A stretch of DNA of 45,854 bases from Faecousia sp. (lineage in GTDB: Bacteria; Bacillota; Clostridia; Oscillospirales; Oscillospiraceae). A model generated the notes under the pieces. It saw only the letters and a program-made list of their open reading frames with translations, had not been told where the DNA came from and ran no database searches. A program made the translations under genes and the position numbers. The stretch is from assembly GCA_045658625.1 (NCBI GenBank), contig JAZOVI010000005.1, positions 1 to 45,854 of the forward strand. Reading direction: 5' to 3'. How positions within the stretch are numbered: the first letter of the stretch is position 1; every line of letters begins with the position of its first letter. Shown here in pieces: positions 38,252 to 45,854 of the stretch.

Positions 38252-38300
38252 AAGCAGATATCCCTGATGATTCAAAATCTTAGGGATATCTGCTTTTTTG
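38252..38300 (+). terminator. strong terminator within the leader
   Basis: AAGCAGATATCCCTGA...TTAGGGATATCTGCTT followed by T tract. Confidence 0.75.
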
Positions 38301-38528
38301 TTTTCTAAAGCAGAATCTACAGCCCAGCATACTGGGGCGTGGAGAATTCTGATGCAGCGACCGTCACCGGCTGAAGAGCGACGGGGCCGATACTTGGGGC
38401 CACATACCAAAACAGCATCAAAACCCAATTACGATACCTGTGTATCGGTCTTTATTTTAAACAGAAACGGCACTGCCGTATCAACACTATGAAAACATGA
38501 GAAATCAAACTAAAAGGAGAAATTAACT

Positions 38529-39092
38529 ATGAAAACTACTAACACTATCAACAACACCACCAACAACACTACCGCAACTTATAACTTCCCTCCGTGTAGC
38601 CCTGAGGAATTCCTCGACACTATTAATATGAAGAGGGGCAATACCCACCGAAACTGGGAAATTGTGAATAACTGGACTTGGGAACAGAGATTCGCATACT
38701 ACGAACGGTGTGTTAACCAGCCTCGAGAGGAAAGAAAAAGTCCCTGGGAAGCTGTCATTGAAAGATGCGTCGAGAAGTTTTGCTTGGGCAAAGTATTCGA
38801 GGTGTTCTACAATATCTCTGATGGAATGGAACCTATTGCCGTTGTAGCTTCTAAAAGAAAGAAGGACGGTACAATCAACCCCAAGGATATTCACACTTTT
38901 GTGCATTACACCCCCGGTGACATCGAAGTAAGGGATATTGCCATGATGAACGAGTATAGCCGTATCGTCGAAGAAACCTATGGAATCCATCCCCGCCTCC
39001 TTATTGTGGGTAAGGAATTTGATAATACTGTACTCCAGGCAATTATGGCTTTTGGCAGAGACTTTTCTATCTTCGCCAACAAAAAAGACTAA
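38529..39092 (+). CDS. hypothetical protein (MKTT cassette 1)
   Basis: AAAGGAG RBS; 187 aa; N/T-rich N-terminus. Confidence 0.75.
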   Translation: MKTTNTINNTTNNTTATYNFPPCSPEEFLDTINMKRGNTHRNWEIVNNWTWEQRFAYYERCVNQPREERKSPWEAVIERCVEKFCLGKVFEVFYNISDGMEPIAVVASKRKKDGTINPKDIHTFVHYTPGDIEVRDIAMMNEYSRIVEETYGIHPRLLIVGKEFDNTVLQAIMAFGRDFSIFANKKD

Positions 39093-39100
39093 TCAATCAA

Positions 39101-39147
39101 CATACTACACTTTACAAACAGAAAGGAACAATAACTATGAAAACTAC
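39101..39147 (+). repeat. start-associated direct repeat (copies at 40291-40337 and partial at 38512-38543)
   Basis: CATACTACACTTTACAAACAGAAAGGAACAATAACTATGAAAACTAC vs CACACTATACTTTACTAACAGAAAGGAACAATTACTATGAAAACTAC, 43/47 identical. Confidence 0.9.
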
Positions 39148-40279
39148 TAACATGAACAATAATGCAAATACTCCCGCTATTACTGAAGTTAAGTACATTT
39201 CCAATTATAGAGAGATTCGAAATGATGAAGGCTATAGCAATGTGAATATTCAAGCTGCTCCCTGTGATACTATGGAAACCGCACTGTCTTCTTACATATT
39301 CGGTTTGTGGGGACATTTTCATGTGACAAATCTTTCCACCGGCGAAGAGTGTGTTTATGACCATGTGGAGCTCAAAGCATGGTGCAGCACATTAACGTTG
39401 GATGAATTTGCTAACTATCATTTAAGCAGGACCAGATATTATGGCGAGGCCTGCTATATCGAAGAGTACTATTTCACGGTAATAGACCAGACAGACGAGG
39501 TTGTAGGCGAAAAGTCTCCGTTGTGGAAATTTGAGGTCTATAATACAGATACTGATGAGCTGATTGACAGAAAATGCTTTGGCGGTATATCTAATTTGGT
39601 TGAATATGCTGACAAAAACTTGCTGGATTGGCGTTACCCGAAGAACGGAAAAGTTAACTGTGCCTTCTATGCCAACGGATATAATATTACAAAACACTTT
39701 GAAGCACAAAACAGAAAAAACTATACCCTCTCTGCTGATAGTTTTTGGGGCCATGTCCTTCATGTAAGAGCTGGCATCGAGGATTGCACTCCCACCGAGG
39801 AGACTGTCGAAACTGCCGATGAAACCTACACTTGTAGTGTTTGCGGTAAAAAGCATTCAGTAAAATCTGGAAGATTTAACCCTTGGCCTGTAAGAGAGCC
39901 TGTGACAGCAGAGGGTGAAAGGAACTACTGTTGCACAAGCTGTTATGAACAGTATGTAAGCACAATGTACAAGTTCATGTTTACCGTATCTCTTTTACAC
40001 GGTGTAGATGAAAGATTCAATAAGTATCCTGAAAACCAAGAAGGATATATCAGAATGCTTTCTGGCATGACTACTGAGGAGTTGGATTCGCTTGTTGAAG
40101 AAGAACATCTGCGTGAGCAAAATGTAATGTTTGGTCTGAGATTCTTGGAAGCGAATCGTGCCAAAGACGAGAAAAAGCGTATCAAGGAAGAAGAACGTAA
40201 GGCTCGTGCAAGAGAGCGTGCTCGCGAACGCCGCGCTGCTGCAAAGGCTGCAAAGCTGGCGGAGCAGGAAACTAAGTAA
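39137..40279 (+). CDS. hypothetical protein with Zn finger and charged C-terminal helix (MKTT cassette 2)
   Basis: YTCSVCGK...FNPWPV...CCTSC; R/E/A-rich tail. Confidence 0.75.
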   Translation: MKTTNMNNNANTPAITEVKYISNYREIRNDEGYSNVNIQAAPCDTMETALSSYIFGLWGHFHVTNLSTGEECVYDHVELKAWCSTLTLDEFANYHLSRTRYYGEACYIEEYYFTVIDQTDEVVGEKSPLWKFEVYNTDTDELIDRKCFGGISNLVEYADKNLLDWRYPKNGKVNCAFYANGYNITKHFEAQNRKNYTLSADSFWGHVLHVRAGIEDCTPTEETVETADETYTCSVCGKKHSVKSGRFNPWPVREPVTAEGERNYCCTSCYEQYVSTMYKFMFTVSLLHGVDERFNKYPENQEGYIRMLSGMTTEELDSLVEEEHLREQNVMFGLRFLEANRAKDEKKRIKEEERKARARERARERRAAAKAAKLAEQETK

Positions 40280-40326
40280 GAACCCAAAACCACACTATAC
40301 TTTACTAACAGAAAGGAACAATTACT

Positions 40327-40557
40327 ATGAAAACTACATATCCTATGGGACTCGCAGTTCCCAAGATGAACAACTGGTGGGACCAGCACAATCTGACTAT
40401 CGAAGAGGCCAGCGCCTACTTCCGCATCGGCGAGCACACTTTGCGTCGCCTTGTTACCAACAATCCGGATGCCAATTTTGTGCTGCATGTCGGTACGCGC
40501 ACGCTGATTAAAAAGCGCGTGTTTGCTGATTTCCTGGATAGATGCAATTCTGTCTGA
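40327..40557 (+). CDS. xis: excisionase (Tn916 Xis / HTH_17-like; MKTT cassette 3)
   Basis: LTIEEASAYFRIGEHTLRRL...FVLHVGTRTLIKK; upstream of integrase. Confidence 0.85.
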   Translation: MKTTYPMGLAVPKMNNWWDQHNLTIEEASAYFRIGEHTLRRLVTNNPDANFVLHVGTRTLIKKRVFADFLDRCNSV

Positions 40558-40572
40558 GGAGGAGAGCTCACC

Positions 40573-41010
40573 ATGAAAATTGACTTAACCGGCCAGAAGT
40601 TTTACCGCTTACAGGTCGTGCAGAAGTCCGAAGAGCAGAGCAATGCGGATGCGGTCCTTTGGGACTGCATCTGCGACTGCGGCTCAAAAACCACTGCTAC
40701 TACTGCACAGCTGCGCAGCGGTCACAAAAAGAGCTGTGGATGCTTAAAACGCGTATCTCATGCGAAAGACATCACCAGTCAGCGATTTGGTATGCTGACC
40801 GTGATGAAACGCGTAGGTACAAACAAGCATCGCAAAGCACTTTGGAAGTGCAAATGCGATTGCGGCAAAACAACCACGGTTTCATCCGTCGACCTTGTTA
40901 CAGGCAACACCAAATCGTGCGGCTGTTTGGGAAACCATTTTGCAAAACGAAATTTACTTGAAGGAGGATTCTATGGCAAGAACAAGTTTAAAGCGCAAGG
41001 ACACCGATAA
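40573..41010 (+). CDS. tandem Cys-rich domain protein (N-terminal module of phage AP2/HNH proteins, no nuclease domain)
   Basis: Two repeats DLTGQKF.RL.V...W.C.CDCG...L.SG..KSCGC. Confidence 0.75.
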   Translation: MKIDLTGQKFYRLQVVQKSEEQSNADAVLWDCICDCGSKTTATTAQLRSGHKKSCGCLKRVSHAKDITSQRFGMLTVMKRVGTNKHRKALWKCKCDCGKTTTVSSVDLVTGNTKSCGCLGNHFAKRNLLEGGFYGKNKFKAQGHR

Positions 41011-42253
41011 GCGCAATCTTAATAAGGGTGAATACCAAAAGAAAAATGGTATGTACGAGTACCGATACAAGGATATTCATGGCAAGACCCGGAGCATCTA
41101 CAGTTGGCGACTTACGGCAGCAGACAAGCAACCGGCGGGAAAGGCACCCTGCGAACCGTTGCGAGATATGATACAGGCTATCAATGAGGATAAGCACAAC
41201 AACATTGATACATTTGTAGCGAAAACAACTACTCTCAATGACCGTTTTGATATCTATATTGAGGGCAAAATCAACTTGCGCCGTTCCACTAAGCAAAACT
41301 ACATATATATGTACGATAAATATGTCCGTGGTACCGTCGGCCGGATGAAAATGTGCGATATCAATTATTCGATTATCCAACGGCTGTACAACGATATGAT
41401 TACAAAGTATGGTTTCAAGCCAAATTCTATGGAGTCACTGCACACCGTTTTGAATCCCATCTTTGATAGAGCGGTGTGGGACAATCTTATTGACTCTAAT
41501 CCATGCCCTATGGCAATGAAGCAAATACGCGCAAGCGATGCTTGGGTCAAGGAAAAGAAACTGCCATTGACACTTGAACAACAGCAGACATTTATGCGAT
41601 TTTTGGAAAGTTCGCCCAAGTATCGGCACTGGTTGAACATCCTAACGGTACTACTGGGAACAGGAATGCGAATCGGCGAATGCTTGGGACTGACCTGGTC
41701 AGAGTGTCAGTTCAAAACAGGTATGATTGTTGTTACTCATACACTGAATTATCGCAAGCAGGAAGATGGGCACTGTCGTCACTATGTTGAGTTCCTTCCG
41801 AAAACCCAAGCAGGCATTAGAAGTATTCCTATGTTCGACGAGGTTCGAACGGCACTTCTGGAAGAAAAGGAACGTCAAGACAGAGTTGGTACAGCGGGTA
41901 CTGTTATTGATGGTGTATCTGGATGGGTATTTACCAATCGCGATGGCACAGTGTTTAAGGAAAAGAACATCAATGATGCAATTGAGCGAATTTACAAGGC
42001 CTATAATGCATCTGAGCAGGAGGCGGCAGAACAAGAAGGCCGCGAAGCCTTTTTGCTTCCGCATTTTACCTGCCATCAACTTCGAAAAACCTTTTGTACA
42101 AGGCTCTGTGAATCTGAAAACAGGCCGAAAATTGTCCAGGCTGTCATGGGCCATGCCAATATCAGCACGACGATGGACGTGTATGCCGAAGTGGAAGAGC
42201 GAGCTAAGAAAGAGGCAATTGTTCAACTGCAAGGCACTGTGTTCATCAAATGA
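40973..42253 (+). CDS. int: tyrosine integrase (Tn916-like arm-binding N-terminus)
   Basis: GEYQKKNGMYEYRY; GMRIGE (R), PKT (K), HQLRK (HxxR), MGHANI (H), DVY (Y); AAGGAGG RBS. Confidence 0.93.
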   Translation: MARTSLKRKDTDKRNLNKGEYQKKNGMYEYRYKDIHGKTRSIYSWRLTAADKQPAGKAPCEPLRDMIQAINEDKHNNIDTFVAKTTTLNDRFDIYIEGKINLRRSTKQNYIYMYDKYVRGTVGRMKMCDINYSIIQRLYNDMITKYGFKPNSMESLHTVLNPIFDRAVWDNLIDSNPCPMAMKQIRASDAWVKEKKLPLTLEQQQTFMRFLESSPKYRHWLNILTVLLGTGMRIGECLGLTWSECQFKTGMIVVTHTLNYRKQEDGHCRHYVEFLPKTQAGIRSIPMFDEVRTALLEEKERQDRVGTAGTVIDGVSGWVFTNRDGTVFKEKNINDAIERIYKAYNASEQEAAEQEGREAFLLPHFTCHQLRKTFCTRLCESENRPKIVQAVMGHANISTTMDVYAEVEERAKKEAIVQLQGTVFIK

Positions 42254-42269
42254 CACTCCAATACAATTC

Positions 42270-42302
42270 AAGCCCTGGTTGTATACGCAGCCGGGGCTTT
42301 TT
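42270..42302 (+). terminator. terminator after integrase
   Basis: AAGCCCTGGTTG...CAGCCGGGGCTTTTT. Confidence 0.7.
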
Positions 42303-42373
42303 GCAGCCCTTGACAGCAGGCTGCTTTTGTGCAATAATATGCACAGAGCTCAAACCAAGTTGGTAGGCTGAAT

Positions 42374-42451
42374 TTTACCACAGATTTACCAATTTACCAA
42401 CGATTTACCAAAAATGACCGCTGAGATATGGCCTGCAGTGACCTGCAGTGA
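42374..42451 (+). repeat. right-end arm-type sites and tandem 10-mer
   Basis: TTTACCA(A) x4 at 42374, 42385, 42393, 42404; CCTGCAGTGA x2 at 42432-42451. Confidence 0.75.
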
Positions 42452-42541
42452 GAACGTATGAAACACCCCATTTTGGGGCTGTTTTCGCGACCTTTAGCGG
42501 CCTTTAGTGAAAGGATATGAGGGCTTATGCGGGGCGTTGTA

Positions 42542-42571
42542 CTATTCCCCACCATGAAGCCCCTTGATTAA
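42542..42571 (+). repeat. attR, lysS 3' end copy 2
   Basis: CTATTCCCCACCATGAAGCCCCTTGATTAA (LFPTMKPLD*). Confidence 0.85.
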
Positions 42572-42578
42572 TAAAACT

Positions 42579-42613
42579 AACACCCTATGACTGAAAAGTC
42601 ATAGGGTGTTTTT
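42579..42613. terminator. bidirectional terminator
   Basis: AACACCCTATGACT-GAAA-AGTCATAGGGTGTT followed by T tract. Confidence 0.8.
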
Positions 42614-42625
42614 GTGTGTTTTGCT

Positions 42626-43009
42626 TTATGCCCAATGTAATTCGTAGTAATACCACTTGTCTGTTATATTCTTGATGAAGCACCAATCAGTACCATTATT
42701 GGGTTTTCCGAAATATGTACCGCCGTCCGCTTCATATCTTGCACCTAAATTACCACCTGAATAAAAGTCGGGAACTTCAATATCATTGTTGGCAGCGTAA
42801 TAATATCCGTAATAAACACCACCGATACTGAGCCCTGTTGCCTCATAATCAAAAAACTCAATTTCTTTTTTTGGTGAAAGAGTATCAATATTTTCTAAAA
42901 CATAGTCTGATATTTCATCATATCTTTTGGTGGATACAGACATTCCCTCACAAGCAGTAAGAGAAAAAATCATCAGTATTAGAATTGAAATTGATAAAAT
43001 TCTTTTCAT
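42626..43009 (-). CDS. hypothetical lipoprotein
   Basis: AAAGGAG RBS; MKRILSISILILMIFSLTAC lipobox. Confidence 0.75.
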   Translation of the reverse strand: MKRILSISILILMIFSLTACEGMSVSTKRYDEISDYVLENIDTLSPKKEIEFFDYEATGLSIGGVYYGYYYAANNDIEVPDFYSGGNLGARYEADGGTYFGKPNNGTDWCFIKNITDKWYYYELHWA

Positions 43010-43254
43010 ACGAACTACTCCTTTCATTGGATTTATTATAACATGCAACTATTAAATTTTCAATATTTCGTATCATAAGATTGATTTTAGACCATTTTTA
43101 GACCATTTCAGAGGTATGATATGTCCCGAAAAGGTAATTTGAGGTAAGATAATTTTTAAGGCACAAAAATGCAGTAATTGAAACGGGCAGGAAAAATCAT
43201 AAAAAAGCAAGAAGAGGTAAGATATTTTGCTTTCGATTTTATAACCCTTTCACA

Positions 43255-43281
43255 CTCCCCACAATGAAGCCTCTGGATTAA
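43255..43281 (+). repeat. lysS 3' end copy 3
   Basis: CTCCCCACAATGAAGCCTCTGGATTAA (PTMKPLD*). Confidence 0.8.
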
Positions 43282-43291
43282 TTGAATGTTT

Positions 43292-43327
43292 AGAAAGTGC
43301 TGTCGAAAGACGGCACTTTCTTTTTTG
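43292..43327 (+). terminator. probable original lysS terminator
   Basis: AGAAAGTGCTGTC-GAAA-GACGGCACTTTCT followed by T tract; near-identical to 14773-14806. Confidence 0.8.
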
Positions 43328-43455
43328 TATTTCGGCAGATTTAAGATATGCTCACCGTTTGGGTGTGGGAAATGACCGATGGAGTCAAAATCGAGATTTT
43401 TGGCAATGGGCTGTGCTATAATTCCGGTAACAAACTACCACTGGGAGGAAAATCG

Positions 43456-44184
43456 ATGAATGCCATAGAAATCTGTGATCTGACAAAGAAATACAAGGAT
43501 GTAACAGCAGTAGACCGCTTGTGTTTACAAATCCGGGAGGGGGAGCTACTATCGCTTTTGGGCGTCAACGGGGCGGGGAAGACCACTACCATCAAAATGC
43601 TGTCCTGTTTAACCCAACCCACAAGCGGGGATGCCTTTTTGAAGGGGAAAAGCATATGCAAAGACCCAGCCGCAGTAAAAGCTCTGATTGGCGTATCGCC
43701 CCAGGAGACGGCTGTTGCGCCGGGGCTGACTGTCTATGAAAATCTTGCCCTTATTTGCGGTGTTCACGGCTTTTCGGGGGATGTTGCCCGGGAAAAAATT
43801 GCCGAAATGATGGCGTTGCTGGGGTTGGAAACCGCATCTGCCAAGAAAGCGGGGAAACTGTCCGGCGGCTGGCAGCGGCGGCTGAGTATCGCTATGGCAC
43901 TGATCAGCCAGCCGGAAATTCTGTTTTTAGACGAGCCGACTTTGGGTTTGGATGTGCTGGCAAGAAGCGATCTGTGGGAGTTGATTCGCCGACTGAAGGG
44001 GAAGGTTACCATCATACTCACTACCCACTATATGGAAGAGGCGGAAGCTCTTTCCGACCGGATTGCCATTATGAAGGATGGCAGGCTTCTTGTCTGCGAT
44101 ACCGCACAAGGGATCAAAACAATGGCAAAAACCGAACGTTTTGAAGATGCGTTTATTCGGATTGTGAAGGAGGGGACAAGATGA
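43456..44184 (+). CDS. ABC-2 type transporter ATP-binding protein
   Basis: GVNGAGKTT, LSGGWQRR, LDEPTLGLD, TTHYMEEA. Confidence 0.92.
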   Translation: MNAIEICDLTKKYKDVTAVDRLCLQIREGELLSLLGVNGAGKTTTIKMLSCLTQPTSGDAFLKGKSICKDPAAVKALIGVSPQETAVAPGLTVYENLALICGVHGFSGDVAREKIAEMMALLGLETASAKKAGKLSGGWQRRLSIAMALISQPEILFLDEPTLGLDVLARSDLWELIRRLKGKVTIILTTHYMEEAEALSDRIAIMKDGRLLVCDTAQGIKTMAKTERFEDAFIRIVKEGTR

Positions 44185-44912
44185 GAATGCTCACATTTGC
44201 AGGTAGAAATACAAAGGAGATTCTCCGTGATCCAATCAATCTGGCTTTTGGATTGGGATTTCCACTTGTGCTGCTGGGGCTGCTGAGCCTCATTCAGGCC
44301 AATATCCCGGTAGAACTGTTTGAAATCCGGCATTTAACCCCGGGAATAACGGTTTTCGGACTTTCCTTTATCACCTTGTTTTCTGCGACCCTGATAGCAA
44401 AAGACCGGGGCAGTTCTCTTTTACAGCGGCTTTATACCACGCCCCTGACACCGTTGGATTTTATCCTGGGCTACACGCTGCCTCTGCTGCCCCTTGCGGT
44501 TGCCCAAAGCGCTGTTTGCTATATTGCGGCGGTTATAATAGGGCTTCCCGTAACGGTAAGTGTTTTGTTTGCCACCTTGTTTACCGTTCCTGTTTCTTTT
44601 CTTTATATTGCCCTGGGACTTCTTTGCGGAAGTGTGCTGAATGATAAGCAGGTGGGTGGTGTTTGCGGTGGGCTGTTTACCAATCTTTCCGCCTGGTTAT
44701 CCGGGGTTTGGTTTGATCTTGACTTGGTGGGTGGCACTTTTCAGAGAATTGCCAATATCTTGCCCTTTGTCCACGCCGTAGAGCTGCAGCGGTCTGTCCT
44801 TGCGGGAGATTTTGCAGGTATTTTCCCTCATATTTGGTATGTGCTTGGCTATGGAGCGGCGCTTTTTGCCGCAGCGGTGTGGTTTTTCCTGCGGCAGACG
44901 AAAAAGCAGTAA
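44181..44912 (+). CDS. ABC-2 type transporter permease
   Basis: 6 TM; KEILRDP, LQRLYTTPL; coupled to the ATPase gene. Confidence 0.9.
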   Translation: MRMLTFAGRNTKEILRDPINLAFGLGFPLVLLGLLSLIQANIPVELFEIRHLTPGITVFGLSFITLFSATLIAKDRGSSLLQRLYTTPLTPLDFILGYTLPLLPLAVAQSAVCYIAAVIIGLPVTVSVLFATLFTVPVSFLYIALGLLCGSVLNDKQVGGVCGGLFTNLSAWLSGVWFDLDLVGGTFQRIANILPFVHAVELQRSVLAGDFAGIFPHIWYVLGYGAALFAAAVWFFLRQTKKQ

Positions 44913-44986
44913 AGTCCTGCGGTTTTCCTTGCTATTTTTCCGAGGGTATAGTATAATGCAGGAAATAAGAAATGGCGGGATTTATT

Positions 44987-45487
44987 ATGCAAGATAAATA
45001 TATTTTCCGGCAGGCGGAAAAAGAGGAAATAAACGAGGTTTTTGCCCTGATTCTCAGCCGGATGGCTTGGATGGACCAGGTGGGCATCCAGCAATGGAAT
45101 GCAACCAAATACGACCAGCGGTATCCGCTTAGCTATTATGAAATGCGTCAGCAAGCGGGGGAGCTGTTTGTTATGCAGGAGGCAGATGGCGGGAAGCTTC
45201 TTTGCGTGGCAGGACTGCTCCGCGAGGACGAGCGGTGGCCGGAAAAGGCTTCTGCTTTATATCTGCACCATTTTGCTTCTAGACCTGAGGATAAGGGCGC
45301 AGGCAGCATTTTTCTGCAAATGGCTGAGGAATACGCTGCAGGGCAGGGGATGGACTATATGCGCCTGGATTCTGCCATCGGTAATGAGAAGCTGGAACAT
45401 TATTACGGAAGCCGTGGCTATGTGGAAGCAGGCTTTTGTAAAGACGGCGTGTATGAGGGCATTTTGCGGCAGAAAAAGCTGAAATAA
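44987..45487 (+). CDS. GNAT family N-acetyltransferase (start 44972 or 44987)
   Basis: GIQQW, LYLHHFAS...KGAGS, RLDSAIGNEKLEHYYGSRGY. Confidence 0.85.
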   Translation: MQDKYIFRQAEKEEINEVFALILSRMAWMDQVGIQQWNATKYDQRYPLSYYEMRQQAGELFVMQEADGGKLLCVAGLLREDERWPEKASALYLHHFASRPEDKGAGSIFLQMAEEYAAGQGMDYMRLDSAIGNEKLEHYYGSRGYVEAGFCKDGVYEGILRQKKLK

Positions 45488-45495
45488 CAATAAAC

Positions 45496-45520
45496 GCCAC
45501 CTCTGAGGAGGTGGCATTTT
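45496..45520 (+). terminator. intrinsic terminator
   Basis: GCCACCTC-TGAG-GAGGTGGC followed by ATTTT. Confidence 0.7.
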
Positions 45521-45522
45521 AC

Positions 45523-45721
45523 ATCTTCGATTTCTGTAGGGAACAAAAGCGGATAACGATTGACCCGTACGGGAATCATTAATCAAGGTAGCCACCAGTG
45601 TTTGCACTGGTGTCAGCAATATGTCGCTGACATATTGCATTTGAGATCTTCGATTCCTGTAGGGAAAAAGGAAAGACACCCTAAAGGGTGTCTTTCTTTT
45701 TTGGTGACCCGTACGGGAATC
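45523..45721. repeat. tRNA-Glu 3' fragment duplication with palindromic insert
   Basis: TGACCCGTACGGGAATC at 45561-45577 and 45705-45721; ATCTTCGATT(T/C)CTGTAGGGAA at 45523 and 45646; hairpins 45593-45612 and 45616-45638. Confidence 0.7.
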
Positions 45722-45776
45722 GAACCCATGTTACCGCCGTGAAAGGGCGGTGTCTTAACCGCTTGACCAACGGGCC
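45702..45776 (-). tRNA. tRNA-Glu (TTC)
   Basis: GGCCCGTTGGTCAAGCGGTTAAGACACCGCCCTTTCACGGCGGTAACATGGGTTCGATTCCCGTACGGGTCACCA. Confidence 0.97.
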
Positions 45777-45852
45777 TGGTAGCGGCGACCTGACTCGAAC
45801 AGGTGACAGGCCGGGTATGAACCGGGTACTCTACCAACTGAGTTACGCCGCC
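45777..45852 (-). tRNA. tRNA-Met (CAT), elongator type
   Basis: GGCGGCGTAACTCAGTTGGTAGAGTACCCGGTTCATACCCGGCCTGTCACCTGTTCGAGTCAGGTCGCCGCTACCA; G1-C72 paired, so not initiator. Confidence 0.93.
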
Positions 45853-45854
45853 AT

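Larger units (their letters stand above)
14641..42571. mobile_element. ~28 kb integrative mobilizable element inserted in the lysS 3' end
   Basis: Imperfect direct repeat of the lysS end (14641-14670 vs 42542-42571); TTTACCAA arm-type repeats at both ends; integrase, excisionase, MOBV relaxase and Rep-like gene; no T4SS genes seen. Confidence 0.9.
42572..43281. mobile_element. degenerate integrase-less islet in tandem at lysS
   Basis: Bounded by lysS-end copies 2 and 3; AT-rich; own repeats TTTAGACCA x2 and GAGGTA(A/T)GATA x3. Confidence 0.65.

Noticed and set aside
38529-39092. Active restriction-endonuclease-like fold
   Set aside because: Only a weak resemblance in the C-terminal part (NEY...RLLIVGKEF); no convincing catalytic D...ExK, so left as hypothetical
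38487-40337. CRISPR array or integron attC interpretation of the repeats
   Set aside because: Repeats are separated by whole genes, are not palindromic, include RBS and start codons, and no cas or integron integrase is present
14641-42571. Prophage or self-transmissible ICE
   Set aside because: No capsid, terminase or tail genes and no VirB4/VirD4 coupling genes; fits a mobilizable element
45613-45837. 74 aa ORF over the tRNAs
   Set aside because: Overlaps two clear tRNA genes

Overview
Clostridia-like (Bacillota, probably Oscillospiraceae-type; this is an inference) chromosome segment. Bases 1-14670 are housekeeping genes: M28 peptidase (partial), metY, ZIP transporter, rubredoxin, FMN riboswitch with ribU, rsuA-type pseudouridine synthase, CdaR/PucR regulator, ftsEX, two M23 peptidases, S41 protease, greA and lysS. 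A ~28 kb integrative mobilizable element (about 14641-42571) is inserted in the 3' end of lysS. Its backbone is a tyrosine integrase and excisionase, a MOBV relaxase and a primase-like Rep that appears catalytically degenerate. Its cargo looks defence-related: a UDG-superfamily gene; a DUF3990/HTH pair followed by PD-(D/E)XK nuclease, 2TM protein, Zn-finger and beta-CASP nuclease genes; and a type I R-M locus with an AbiJ-NTD3-kinase gene and a HEPN-like gene between hsdS and hsdR. The element also has several highly structured non-coding regions and three genes that share a repeated translation-start cassette (MKTT). A second, integrase-less ~0.7 kb islet sits in tandem behind it and ends in a third copy of the lysS 3' end. 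The window ends with an ABC-2 transporter, a GNAT, a tRNA-derived repeat, tRNA-Glu and tRNA-Met. All protein family calls come from motif recognition by eye; no database search was run.
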